A stretch of 19,070 nucleotides of DNA. Origin: Syntrophobacter sp. SbD2. GTDB taxonomy: Bacteria > Desulfobacterota > Binatia > UBA9968. Shown in pieces: positions 1-11,185 of this stretch; positions within the stretch are counted from its first letter, which is position 1; the number at the start of each line of letters is the position of its first letter. The DNA lies in the NCBI GenBank assembly GCA_945889495.1, contig CAMDBU010000122.1, forward strand, positions 1 through 19,070, read 5' to 3'. The notes beneath the pieces are model-generated. The model saw only the letters and a list, made by a program, of their open reading frames with translations. It ran no database searches and was not told the origin of the DNA. The position numbers and the translations under genes were made by a program.

Positions 1-75
1 TTGCTCTGTGGGTGCGACTACGTGACCAAGTCGCTGCTCATCGGCGCCGAGGACTCGATCGGAGAATATTTATGA
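1..75 (+). CDS. 3' end of an unidentified CDS entering from upstream (..LLCGCDYVTKSLLIGAEDSIGEYL*)
   Basis: Frame 1 is open from base 1 to the TGA at 73-75. Only 24 codons are visible, so no family can be assigned. Convergent with guaA. Confidence 0.3.
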   Translation: MLCGCDYVTKSLLIGAEDSIGEYL

Positions 76-179
76 TCTCTCGTCACCGCCTCGCACTGAT
101 GCCTAGCGTTTTGTGAAAATCGGACTTCTACCACGGGCTGCTAGGGCGAAATGTCTGAGTAGATTTGGCTAGCGCCGGC

Positions 180-3175
<2,996 letters not shown>

Positions 3176-3193
3176 TCACCCCCGCGCCGAAGT

Positions 3194-3222
3194 AAAAAAA
3201 AACCCAGACCTGGGCCTGGGTT
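3194..3222 (-). terminator. Intrinsic-terminator-like hairpin plus U9 tract inside the guaBA leader (attenuator, or 3' end of a ~60-nt leader RNA)
   Basis: The minus strand reads AACCCAG-GCCCAGGT-CTGGGTT followed by a run of nine T (A-run 3194-3202 on the plus strand). It ends about 20 nt upstream of the guaB start codon. No minus-strand gene lies upstream that it could terminate. Confidence 0.45.
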
Positions 3223-3260
3223 GAGCGGATGCACGGAATGTTTCAAAGCAAACATGAAGT

Positions 3261-3289
3261 CTTATACCAAGAATTATTTTTCACGGCAA
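3261..3289 (-). promoter_or_regulatory. Candidate sigma70-type promoter for guaBA
   Basis: The minus strand has TTGCCG (3289-3284), a 17-nt spacer, then TATAAG (3266-3261). The predicted TSS is near 3254, giving a leader of about 80 nt that contains the hairpin/U-tract. Confidence 0.4.
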
Positions 3290-3340
3290 GAACAACCAAG
3301 ATTGAGACCGCGACATCGATATGGTAGCTGGTGTAGCACC

Positions 3341-3574
3341 ATGCCGCTCTACGAGTACGAATGCACCAACGGCCACCGCTTCGAAGCGCTGCAAAAGGTC
3401 TCAGACCGGCCGCTCAAGAAGTGCGACCAATGCCGCGCCGGCGCCAAGCGCGCGGTGTCGCAAACCACCCTGCTGCATAACCACGGCGTCCATGTCTTCG
3501 ACCGCGTCACCGGCGACGATGTCCTGCGCGGCCGTCCGTCGTCCCTGAAGTCGTTCAAGAAAGATAAGTTCTAA
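3341..3574 (+). CDS. FmdB-family (CxxC_CxxC_SSSS-like) small zinc-ribbon protein
   Basis: 77 aa starting MPLYEYECTNGHRFEALQKVSDRPLKKCDQC.., the hallmark N-terminus of this family. I chose the ATG at 3341 rather than the TTG-initiated 117-aa extension in the ORF track. Confidence 0.8.
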   Translation: MPLYEYECTNGHRFEALQKVSDRPLKKCDQCRAGAKRAVSQTTLLHNHGVHVFDRVTGDDVLRGRPSSLKSFKKDKF

Positions 3575-3581
3575 CTCGTTG

Positions 3582-3641
3582 CTCGTGTTCGTGACTCGTG
3601 TTCTTGACCGGACGAGCACGAGCCTCGATCACGACCACGAG
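3582..3641. repeat. Nested imperfect palindrome (CTCGTGTTC x2 facing GACGAGCACGAG / GATCACGACCACGAG)
   Basis: CTCGTGTTC occurs at 3582-3590 and 3595-3603. Reverse-complement partners lie at 3611-3622 (10/12 match) and 3627-3641 (12/15 match). The element starts 8 nt after the fmdB-like stop and has no U-tract. Confidence 0.5.
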
Positions 3642-3713
3642 TTGCCCCCATTATCCATTCAGAAAAATTCCGTTTGTGCTCGCGGGTCCACCTCTGCTAG
3701 CTTTTCAGCGGTC

Positions 3714-5237
3714 ATGCTCGCCAAGGTCAACAGCGCCGCTCTCTATGGCATTGATGCCCTGCGCGTCGAAGTCGAGATCGATCTCGCCTCCGGCTTGCCG
3801 CAGTTGGCCACCGTCGGTCTGCCCGAAGGCGCGGTCAAGGAAAGTAAAGACCGCATCCGCGCCGCGCTGAAAAACTGCGGCTACACCTTTCCCGCCAAAC
3901 GCATCACCATCAATTTGGCCCCCGCCGATATCAAAAAAGAAGGCTCGGCCTATGACCTGCCAATGGCCATCGGTATCCTCGCCGCCGAAGGAACTGTAGA
4001 AAAGAATTTACTCGACGACTATTTTCTCATCGGCGAGCTCTCCCTCGACGGCACGGTCAAACCGGTGCGCGGCGCCTTGTCCATCGCCATGGCGGCCAAG
4101 AAAGAAAAAGTCCGCGGCTTGATCCTGCCCGAGCAAAACGCCTCCGAGGCCGCCGTGGTCAGCGAAGTCGAAGTCTTGGGCGTGCGCGATCTACCCCAGG
4201 TGGTGGAGTTTTTGAACGGCACCCGCGCCATCGCCGCCACCGGTGCCAACCTCGACGATCTATTTAGCCAGCACTCCCGGTACGACGCCGACTTCAACGA
4301 CGTCAAAGGCCAGCAGCATGTCAAACGCGCCCTCGAAGTCGCCGCCGCCGGCGGCCACAACGTTATCCTGGTGGGTCCACCCGGCTCGGGCAAAACCATG
4401 CTGGCCAAACGGTTGCCGACCATCCTCCCCGACCTGACCTTGGCCGAAGCGCTGGAGACGACCAAAATTCACAGCGTCATGGGCACCCTCGCCGGTCAAG
4501 CGATCATCGCCACCCGGCCGTTTCGCTCGCCGCATCACACCATCTCCGACGCTGGCCTGGTCGGCGGTGGCACAGTGCCTAAGCCCGGCGAAGTCTCGTT
4601 GGCCCACAACGGCGTCTTGTTTCTCGACGAGCTGCCGGAGTTCCGCCGCAATGTATTAGAAGTCATGCGCCAGCCGCTGGAAGACGGCAATATCACCGTC
4701 TCCCGCGCCATGGGCTCGATCAATTTTCCCGCACGGTTCATGTTGATCGCCGCGATGAATCCCTGCGTCTGTGGATTTTTTACCGATCCACAAAAAGAAT
4801 GCACCTGCACGCCGCTGCAAATCCAGCGCTACCGATCGAAGGTCTCCGGCCCGCTGCTCGACCGCATCGACATTCAAATCGAAGTGCCGGGACTGCGTTA
4901 TCAAGAGTTGGCCAGCAAAGACGCCGGGGAAAGTTCCAGCGTCATTCGCGAGCGTGTGAATCACGCGCGCAAGATTCAATTGCAACGTTTCGAGAAGTCC
5001 AAGCTGCACAGCAACGCCCAGATGGGCGCCAAAGAGATCAAGCGTTACTGCGCCGTGAAAGAAGATGCCGAGAAATTGTTGGAGACCGCGATCAATAAAT
5101 TGGGCTTGAGCGCGCGGGCCTATAGCCGAGTGCTAAAGGTTGGCCGGACTATCGCCGATTTAGCTGGAGCAGAGAATATCGAATCGAATCATATCGCCGA
5201 GGCGATTCAGTATCGGAGTTTGGACCGGAGCATGTGA
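3714..5237 (+). CDS. comM: YifB/ComM-family Mg-chelatase-like AAA+ ATPase
   Basis: 507 aa from the ATG at 3714 (MLAKVNSAALYGIDALRVEVEIDL.., the canonical family N-terminus). Lon-like N-domain. Walker A GPPGSGKT, Walker B VLFLDE. C-terminal ..IAEAIQYRSLDR. The 45-aa upstream extension in the ORF track covers the palindromic spacer and is not family-like. Confidence 0.93.
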   Translation: MLAKVNSAALYGIDALRVEVEIDLASGLPQLATVGLPEGAVKESKDRIRAALKNCGYTFPAKRITINLAPADIKKEGSAYDLPMAIGILAAEGTVEKNLLDDYFLIGELSLDGTVKPVRGALSIAMAAKKEKVRGLILPEQNASEAAVVSEVEVLGVRDLPQVVEFLNGTRAIAATGANLDDLFSQHSRYDADFNDVKGQQHVKRALEVAAAGGHNVILVGPPGSGKTMLAKRLPTILPDLTLAEALETTKIHSVMGTLAGQAIIATRPFRSPHHTISDAGLVGGGTVPKPGEVSLAHNGVLFLDELPEFRRNVLEVMRQPLEDGNITVSRAMGSINFPARFMLIAAMNPCVCGFFTDPQKECTCTPLQIQRYRSKVSGPLLDRIDIQIEVPGLRYQELASKDAGESSSVIRERVNHARKIQLQRFEKSKLHSNAQMGAKEIKRYCAVKEDAEKLLETAINKLGLSARAYSRVLKVGRTIADLAGAENIESNHIAEAIQYRSLDRSM

Positions 5238-5263
5238 TCAGAGCTCGCCTTGAACTTTGCAGC

Positions 5264-6829
5264 TCATCCAGAATTGAACAACCGCAGCTTCCCCGCCGTG
5301 CCCTCTTGGGTGAATTTATAAAAATGCCAGTGGGTGACGCAGCGGTTCATGAACTGGGCGAAGCCGATGATGTCGGCGCGCACTTTGACACTGCGCTGGA
5401 AGAAGTTTTTCAAATACACCGCGCCGATGGTTGTCAAGCTGCGCTCTTTGATCAGCGCCACGAGCAGAGTTTTCAGCAACAGCAGTCCATAGACCAGCGT
5501 CGGCAAGGCTTTGCCTTCGTTGGCCCGGGCGCTGATCTCGGCGCGCCGTTCTTTGAAGTCGGGATAAGCGTTGATCTGAAAATAACGGTCTAAGAATGCC
5601 TGGGGGTCGTACAAGCGCTTGAGTAGCTGCCAATAACCTTGTTGGAGCTCCTGCGGCGTCAATTGCGCTGGTACGATGTTGCAGTTGGGATCATCGAGGC
5701 GCAGGCGGCCGGTTTTTTCCAGGCGCTCATAGAGCGGCGTCTTGGGCACTGCCGTTAGCATGCCGACCATCGCCAGGAGAATGCCGTTGTCTTGGATGAA
5801 GCGGTACTGGTCTTCGAAGATCGTCGCGTCGTCGTTGTCGAAGCCGACGATAAACCCAGCGCTCACTTCCATGCCGGCGTTGCGGATGCGCGCCAGCTTG
5901 GCGGCCAGGGAATCGCCCCGGGTGTTTTGATATTTCTTGGTCTCGTTGAGGGACGCTTCGCGCGGCGTCTCGATGCCGATGAACACCGAGCGAAAATTAG
6001 CCCGGTACAGGAGTTCCAACAGCTCGGCGTCGTCGGCGAGATTGACGCTCGCTTCGGTGGTCAAGCGCAGCGGATAACCATGCTTCTCCTGCCAGGGAAT
6101 GATCAGCTTGAGCAGCGCCTTGGCATCCCTCTTATTGCCGATAAAATTGTCGTCGACAATGAAGCAAGAATAAAAGCCCACCCGGCGCATCTCGTCCAGC
6201 TCCTCGATTACCTGCTCGGGCCGTTTGGTACGCGGGCGGCGGCCGAAGGTGACGATGATATCGCAAAACTCGCACTGGAACGGACAGCCGCGGGAAAATT
6301 GCAGCGAGCCGGAAGCGTAACGATCGACCTTCAGCAGGTCGTAGCGCGACTTGGCCGCTTTGGTCATGTCGGTGGGATTGGCTTGCTTATAGAGTGTGTC
6401 GTAGTTGCCTCCTTCGGCGAAGCAGCGGACAAATTCCGGCCAGGTTTCGTCAGCCTCACCGGTGAACAAGACATCGCAGAGATTGTCGAAATAGCCCTCG
6501 TCCACCGAAGCATAGGCACCGCCGACGGCGGTAAAGACTTTCATCTCGCGGAGCTTGACTAAGATTTCGCGCATGCGCAGCTTCTGCACATTCATCCCAG
6601 TGACACCGACGATATCGAACTGGGCGAGCTCCGGCCAAACGATCTCCTCGACGTTCTCATCGAGCAGGCGAATCTCATGACCGGACACCAGACCGGCCAG
6701 ATAAGGCAAGGCGCCATTGATCATCGATGATTTCTTATTGCCGGGATAAAGCGGCAACGCGTAGTCGAAGCCCCAGTAGGAAGGCTCGAACTTGGGATTG
6801 ATGATGCAAATTTTTAGTCGCTTAGCCAT
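5264..6829 (-). CDS. B12-binding-domain radical SAM protein with a DUF4070-type C-terminal region
   Basis: 521 aa. N-terminal Rossmann-like cobalamin-binding region (KICIINPKF..). Radical SAM cluster motif GCPFQCEFC (CxxxCxxC). Long helical C-terminal extension typical of the DUF4070 subgroup. Confidence 0.9.
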   Translation of the reverse strand: MAKRLKICIINPKFEPSYWGFDYALPLYPGNKKSSMINGALPYLAGLVSGHEIRLLDENVEEIVWPELAQFDIVGVTGMNVQKLRMREILVKLREMKVFTAVGGAYASVDEGYFDNLCDVLFTGEADETWPEFVRCFAEGGNYDTLYKQANPTDMTKAAKSRYDLLKVDRYASGSLQFSRGCPFQCEFCDIIVTFGRRPRTKRPEQVIEELDEMRRVGFYSCFIVDDNFIGNKRDAKALLKLIIPWQEKHGYPLRLTTEASVNLADDAELLELLYRANFRSVFIGIETPREASLNETKKYQNTRGDSLAAKLARIRNAGMEVSAGFIVGFDNDDATIFEDQYRFIQDNGILLAMVGMLTAVPKTPLYERLEKTGRLRLDDPNCNIVPAQLTPQELQQGYWQLLKRLYDPQAFLDRYFQINAYPDFKERRAEISARANEGKALPTLVYGLLLLKTLLVALIKERSLTTIGAVYLKNFFQRSVKVRADIIGFAQFMNRCVTHWHFYKFTQEGTAGKLRLFNSG

Positions 6830-7020
6830 GCTATTTTACAACGACACACCGGGGGCTCCGTCGCTCGCTGTCTTCCCCGCCAAAGCCAATCGCCTCAAAC
6901 CAAGCTTCGTTTCTGATCTATCTCGCTTAGCCAACCGGAAGTACAAAGAAGGCGAGAACCTAATAGCGGTGAAGCCCAACCCTTGTTCTAACCATGCAGC
7001 AGCTGGCGACCGAAAACAAG

Positions 7021-7063
7021 CAACAAAAAAACAAATTTGCAGACGCGGTTAACCGGCCACTGC
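7021..7063 (-). terminator. Weak candidate rho-independent terminator downstream of gor
   Basis: The minus strand reads GCAGTGGCCGGTTAACCGCGTCTGC (interrupted stem: 4 bp, internal loop, then the CGG-TTAA-CCG core) followed by AAATTTGTTTTTTTGTTG. It lies 68 nt after the gor stop. The stem is imperfect. Confidence 0.3.
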
Positions 7064-7130
7064 CCCGGCATCGACTGGCGAACCATAGCACCCAAACCCC
7101 AATGCGCAGTAGCTGTAACGCGAATCGAGC

Positions 7131-8483
7131 TCAGCTCGCCGCCTTGCTGCGCATGGTGACGAACTCCTCGGCCGCCGATGGATGAATGCCGATGGTCATG
7201 TCGAACTGCGCTTTGGTAGCGCCGCAGTTGAGCGCGATGGCGAGGCCTTGGACGATCTCGCCGGCGTCGGGGCCGACCATATGGCAGCCCAAGACTTTGT
7301 CGCTCGCTTGGTCCACCACTAGCTTCATCATGGTCCGCTCGTCCCGGCCGCTCAGCGTGTGGCGTAGCGGTTTGAAGGTGCTGCGATAAATATCGATCTC
7401 GTAACCACGGCCGCGCGCCTCGGCTTCGGTCAGACCCACGGTGCCGCAGTTGGGCGTGCTGAACACCGCTGTCGGCACGTTCAAATAGCTCGGCTTGGTC
7501 GGTTTGTCATTGAACAGCGTATTGGCCAGCGCCATCCCCTCGGCGATGGCGACGGGAGTCAACATCATCCGATCGGTGCAGTCGCCGATGGCGTAGACGC
7601 TATCAATGGTCGACTTGGAATATTCGTCCACCACCACGGCGCCATTGGCTTTGAGCTTGACGCCGGCTTTTTCCAAGCCGAGATCGGGGGTCTTCGAGCC
7701 TCGGCCGGTAGCGTAGAGGATTTGCTCGGCATCGAGCACCGAGCCATCGGTCAGCGTCGCGGTTAAACCGTCGCCATGTTTTTCAATCTTGCTGATATCG
7801 AGGTTAAAACGCAGATCGACGCCGCGTTTGCGCATCTCGTCGGCCAGGCTCTTGCGAATGTCGTCGTCAAAGCCTCTTAGAAACAAGTCGCCGCGGTAGA
7901 GCTGGGTCGTCCGCGCGCCCAAGCCGTGAAAGATGCCGGCGAACTCGACGCCGATATAACCGCCGCCGACGACGATGACCCGCTCGGGCAAAGACGGCAG
8001 ATAAAAAGCTTCATTGGAGGTGATCGCGTGCTCCGAGCCGGGAAACTTCGGCACCGACGGCCAGCTGCCGACGGCGACCAGAATATATTTCGCCGTGATG
8101 CGCTTGCCGTCGACGGCGACGGTGTGAGGATCGACCACTTCGGCATGGCCTTCCATCAGGGTCACGCCGGCGTCGGCGAGGATCTTGCGATAAATGCCGT
8201 TCAAGCGGGAGATTTCTTTATTCTTATTGGCGATTAATTTGGCCCAATCGAAATGGCGCTCCACCGTCCAGCCGAAGCCCGGCATGTCGTCGAAGTCCTC
8301 GCCATAGTGCGACGCGTAGACCAAAAGTTTTTTCGGGATGCAGCCAACATTAACGCAGGTGCCGCCGAGATCGCGCTCTTCGGCCACGGCAACTTTGGCG
8401 CCGAAGGAGGCCGATATCCGGCTCGCGCGCACGCCGCCCGAGCCCGCGCCGATGGTGAATAGATCGTAATCGTACTGAGCCAT
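7131..8483 (-). CDS. gor: Glutathione-disulfide reductase
   Basis: 450 aa. FAD dinucleotide fold GAGSGG. Redox-active disulfide [13 protein letters not shown]. Second Rossmann motif GGGYIGVE. C-terminal interface His-Glu context [14 protein letters not shown]. Confidence 0.9.
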   Translation of the reverse strand: MAQYDYDLFTIGAGSGGVRASRISASFGAKVAVAEERDLGGTCVNVGCIPKKLLVYASHYGEDFDDMPGFGWTVERHFDWAKLIANKNKEISRLNGIYRKILADAGVTLMEGHAEVVDPHTVAVDGKRITAKYILVAVGSWPSVPKFPGSEHAITSNEAFYLPSLPERVIVVGGGYIGVEFAGIFHGLGARTTQLYRGDLFLRGFDDDIRKSLADEMRKRGVDLRFNLDISKIEKHGDGLTATLTDGSVLDAEQILYATGRGSKTPDLGLEKAGVKLKANGAVVVDEYSKSTIDSVYAIGDCTDRMMLTPVAIAEGMALANTLFNDKPTKPSYLNVPTAVFSTPNCGTVGLTEAEARGRGYEIDIYRSTFKPLRHTLSGRDERTMMKLVVDQASDKVLGCHMVGPDAGEIVQGLAIALNCGATKAQFDMTIGIHPSAAEEFVTMRSKAAS

Positions 8484-8604
8484 GAGAGTTTGCCTTTCAA
8501 CTTGGATGTCGGTGGATCATAAAAGGTAGCGAGCGCGACAGCAATATGCGGCGCCGATTGACTTCAATACGATTGTTTTCGCGAAAAAGCCGGAGATCAC
8601 ACCG

Positions 8605-8715
8605 CGTCCTTCGGCGGGCTCAGGACGTAGTGAGCTTGCCGAACTACGGAGACGCGGAGGAATTCGATGAAGAAATGATTTTCCGGAACTCGGCGTCCTC
8701 CGCGCCTCTGCGGTG
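8605..8715. repeat. REP-like palindromic spacer elements (family A, CTCCGYGCSCTCTGYGG module)
   Basis: Small hairpin CGTCCT(8605-8610)/AGGACG(8622-8627). CGGAGACGCGGAGGA (8647-8661) faces TCCTCCGCGCCTCTGCGG (8696-8712). 8698-8715 matches 14093-14110 at 14/18 positions. Confidence 0.5.
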
Positions 8716-8759
8716 AATTATCCTAACTCGTTTTGACAGCACCGCCGAATTAGGAAACA

Positions 8760-10052
8760 ATGGCCGGCAATTCCCTCATGAGTAAATCAACCGCACAACC
8801 TATAGCGGCGTCGGCGCCGCGCGCGATTTCCGGCAGCCAGCGCATGATGCAATCGCTGAGCGCGCTCAAGCATCGCAACTACCGACTCTACTGGTTCGGT
8901 CAGCTAGCGTCGGTGTTGGCGCAGAACATGGAAGCGGTGGCGCAGAGCTGGCTGGTGCTCGAACTGACCAACTCTCCCCTGCTGCTTGGCCTCACTGGCT
9001 TGACCTTTACGATTCCCACGGTGGCGCTGACGCTCCTGGGCGGCGCCATCGCCGACCGCGCCGATCGCAAGCGCATCATGATTCTCGCCCAATCGGGTTC
9101 AACGCTGATTTTTTTGATTCTCACCGCCCTGGTCATGCTCGGCTGGGTCGCCCTCTGGCAGGTCATGGTCTTGGCCTTTTTCACCGGCTGCGTACGTGCC
9201 TTCGACCGGCCGAGCCGCATGGCGCTGCTACCGCAGATGGTGCCCAAAGAGGACATCGCCAACGCCGTCGCCATCGGCGGCACCATCTGGCAATTGAATA
9301 AACTCGTCGGCCCGGCGGTGGCCGGCATGTTGATTTATTGGGTCGGCATCGGGCCGACCTACTTGGTTTGTTTCGCCGCCTCGGCGCTAGCTATCGGCCT
9401 GTGGCTTGCCATCGATCTCGACGGCAAGCCGGTGGTGTCGACCTCCCGCGGCCTACTCAAAGACATGGCCGAGGGGCTGAGCTTCATTCGCCGGAACGAG
9501 ATCTATTGGGTGTTCATCGGCATGACTTTTTTCAATAGCGTGTTCGGCATGTCCTACGTCATCATGATGCCGGTGTTCGCGCGCAACGTGCTCCATGTCG
9601 GCTCCCAAGGCTTCGGCTTTCTGCAAAGCGCTGGCGGCGGCGGCGCCCTGGCCGGCGTGTTGCTCGCGGCTTACTTGAGTCACTTCCGCGGCAAAGGCTT
9701 GCAAGCGATCAACGGCGCCGTGGTGTTCGGCGCGACGTTAATATTATTCGCCCTGTCCAATTGGTTTCCGCTGTCGCTGATCGCCGCCTTCGCCCTGGGC
9801 ATGGCCGGGCAGTTCTACATGACGACGATTCACGCCATCATGCAGATGAATTTGCCCAACGAACTGCGCGGCCGGGTCATGGGCATTCATGGATTAGCCT
9901 GGGAGCTCATGCCGATTGGCGGCTTGATCTCCGGCGCCATCGCCGAGTTCGCCGGCGCGCCGGTGGCGGTAGCCTTCGGCGGCCTGATGGTCGGCGGCAT
10001 GGCGCTTGTCGTCGCCGTGGCGATGCCGACAATCCGGCGGTTGCGGCAGTAA
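8760..10052 (+). CDS. MFS transporter (EntS/MFS_3-like exporter subgroup)
   Basis: 430 aa, hydrophobic throughout and consistent with about 12 TM helices. Motif-A-like GGAIADRADRKR after TM2. AGGAAA Shine-Dalgarno before the ATG at 8760. Confidence 0.9.
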   Translation: MAGNSLMSKSTAQPIAASAPRAISGSQRMMQSLSALKHRNYRLYWFGQLASVLAQNMEAVAQSWLVLELTNSPLLLGLTGLTFTIPTVALTLLGGAIADRADRKRIMILAQSGSTLIFLILTALVMLGWVALWQVMVLAFFTGCVRAFDRPSRMALLPQMVPKEDIANAVAIGGTIWQLNKLVGPAVAGMLIYWVGIGPTYLVCFAASALAIGLWLAIDLDGKPVVSTSRGLLKDMAEGLSFIRRNEIYWVFIGMTFFNSVFGMSYVIMMPVFARNVLHVGSQGFGFLQSAGGGGALAGVLLAAYLSHFRGKGLQAINGAVVFGATLILFALSNWFPLSLIAAFALGMAGQFYMTTIHAIMQMNLPNELRGRVMGIHGLAWELMPIGGLISGAIAEFAGAPVAVAFGGLMVGGMALVVAVAMPTIRRLRQ

Positions 10053-10065
10053 GAAGAAGAATGGC

Positions 10066-10125
10066 CGCAAAGAACGCAAAGGGCGCAAATTTCGGATTCT
10101 GTGTAGGGGCGTATCGCATACGCCC
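10066..10125. repeat. Family A remnant (3x CGCAAAG cores) plus a tight hairpin GGGCGTAT-CGC-ATACGCCC
   Basis: CGCAAAG cores at 10066, 10075 and 10084, comparable to the CGCAAAGG x3 array at 13984-14007. Perfect 8-bp stem 10107-10114/10118-10125 with a 3-nt loop, 55 nt after the MFS stop. No U-tract. Confidence 0.5.
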
Positions 10126-10177
10126 TGAGGCGGTGGAGCGCCACTTGCACGGTGACGAAATCATCTGAGCAACGCGC

Positions 10178-11170
10178 ATGGCTGAAAAGAAAACCAAGAA
10201 GAAATCCACCGGCCCGCGCAAGCGGCGCAAGCTCGCCGGCAAGGCGACCGGCATCGCGGCGAAAGAAATCTTATCAGCCGTGCCGCCCGCGAACGTAAAC
10301 GAACTGCAAGCCGCCATCGACGCCGACGGTGGCAAAGTTTTAACGACTTATCGCGAGCCCTTCGGCGAGCATTGGTTGATCATCGCCGCCCTGCCCATCG
10401 ATCAGGTGGAACCGACGCCCTATCAACGCAATCTGTCCGACACCCACGCGCGCAAGCTCGAAGGCGTCATCGCCAAGCTTGGCCGCTTTCTCGATCCCAT
10501 CGTCACCGTGCGCAAGGAAGTCAAAGACAGCCCGACGCGCTACTGGACGCCCAACGGCAATCACCGCTTGCAGGCGATGAAAACCTTGGGCGCCACATCG
10601 ATCATCGCCATCGTCGTCCCCGAAGCCGCCACCGCCTATCAAATACTCGCGTTGAATACAGAAAAGGCTCACAACCTGCGCGAGCGCGCGCTCGAAGTGA
10701 TCCGCATGTATCAGGAGCTGGCAACCCTCGACGACGCCACCGAAGAGAGCTACGCGCTGGAATTCGAAGAAGCCGCGCTGATCACTCTCGGTCTGTGCTA
10801 TTTAGAAAACGGCCGCTTCAGCGGCGGCGCCTACCATCCGATCCTGCGCCGTTCGGATATTTTTTTGAAAAAATCCCTCGGCGCGGCCATGGAGATTCGC
10901 CGCGAACGCGCCAAAGCTTTGATGGACTTGGACAAAACCGTGGTCGAAAAAGTCGATGCACTCAAAGCCAAAGGACTCACCAGTCCGTACTTGAAAAGCT
11001 TCGTGGTGGCGCGCATCAATCCGATCCGCTTCCGTCCCAAGGACGCCGCGCCCTTGGACTTCGATGAAGTGCTCGAACGCATGAGCGCCGCCGCCGCCAA
11101 ACTCAACGTCGACAAAATCAAAGTCGAAGATCTGGCCAAATCCGGCGGCGCGCCGGCGGAAGAAAACTAA
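10178..11170 (+). CDS. ParB/sulfiredoxin-fold (ParB N-terminal-like, DGQHR-like) domain protein with a basic N-terminal tail
   Basis: 330 aa. N-terminus MAEKKTKKKSTGPRKRRK. ParB-N-like blocks ..VEPTPYQRNLSDTHARKLEGVIAKLGRFLDPIVTV.. and ..YWTPNGNHRLQAMKTLG.. (NGNHR where ParB has GERRxRA and DndB-like proteins have DGQHR). Helical C-terminal half. No obvious Shine-Dalgarno. Confidence 0.75.
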   Translation: MAEKKTKKKSTGPRKRRKLAGKATGIAAKEILSAVPPANVNELQAAIDADGGKVLTTYREPFGEHWLIIAALPIDQVEPTPYQRNLSDTHARKLEGVIAKLGRFLDPIVTVRKEVKDSPTRYWTPNGNHRLQAMKTLGATSIIAIVVPEAATAYQILALNTEKAHNLRERALEVIRMYQELATLDDATEESYALEFEEAALITLGLCYLENGRFSGGAYHPILRRSDIFLKKSLGAAMEIRRERAKALMDLDKTVVEKVDALKAKGLTSPYLKSFVVARINPIRFRPKDAAPLDFDEVLERMSAAAAKLNVDKIKVEDLAKSGGAPAEEN

Positions 11171-11185
11171 TATGGGGAGTTGGTC

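Noticed and set aside
3221-3340. TTG-initiated 40-codon N-terminal extension of the FmdB-like ORF, and the analogous 45-codon extension of comM (3579-3713).
   Set aside because: The family-typical N-termini (MPLYEYEC.. and MLAKVNSAALYGIDAL..) begin at the internal ATGs 3341 and 3714. The extensions cover promoter and palindromic spacer sequence and are not protein-like.
7039-7069. GCCACTG-containing stretch, reminiscent of the conserved core of cobalamin riboswitches, near a B12-dependent radical SAM gene.
   Set aside because: The motif is on the plus strand while the rSAM gene and its leader are on the minus strand. I could identify no B12-box or surrounding aptamer helices. The segment is better explained as a weak gor terminator hairpin.
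8733-8762. TTGACA-17-AACAAT promoter-like match overlapping the MFS start codon, which would imply a leaderless or shorter MFS protein starting at the second Met (MSKS..).
   Set aside because: The -10 is weak, and the ATG at 8760 has a reasonable AGGAAA Shine-Dalgarno. The start cannot be decided from sequence, so the longer ORF was kept.
10178-11170. Annotation as the canonical chromosome-partitioning ParB/Spo0J.
   Set aside because: There is no adjacent parA/soj. The CTP-binding GERRxRA box is replaced by NGNHR. No recognisable central HTH/parS-binding or C-terminal dimerisation pattern is present. Only the ParB/Srx N-terminal fold is supportable.
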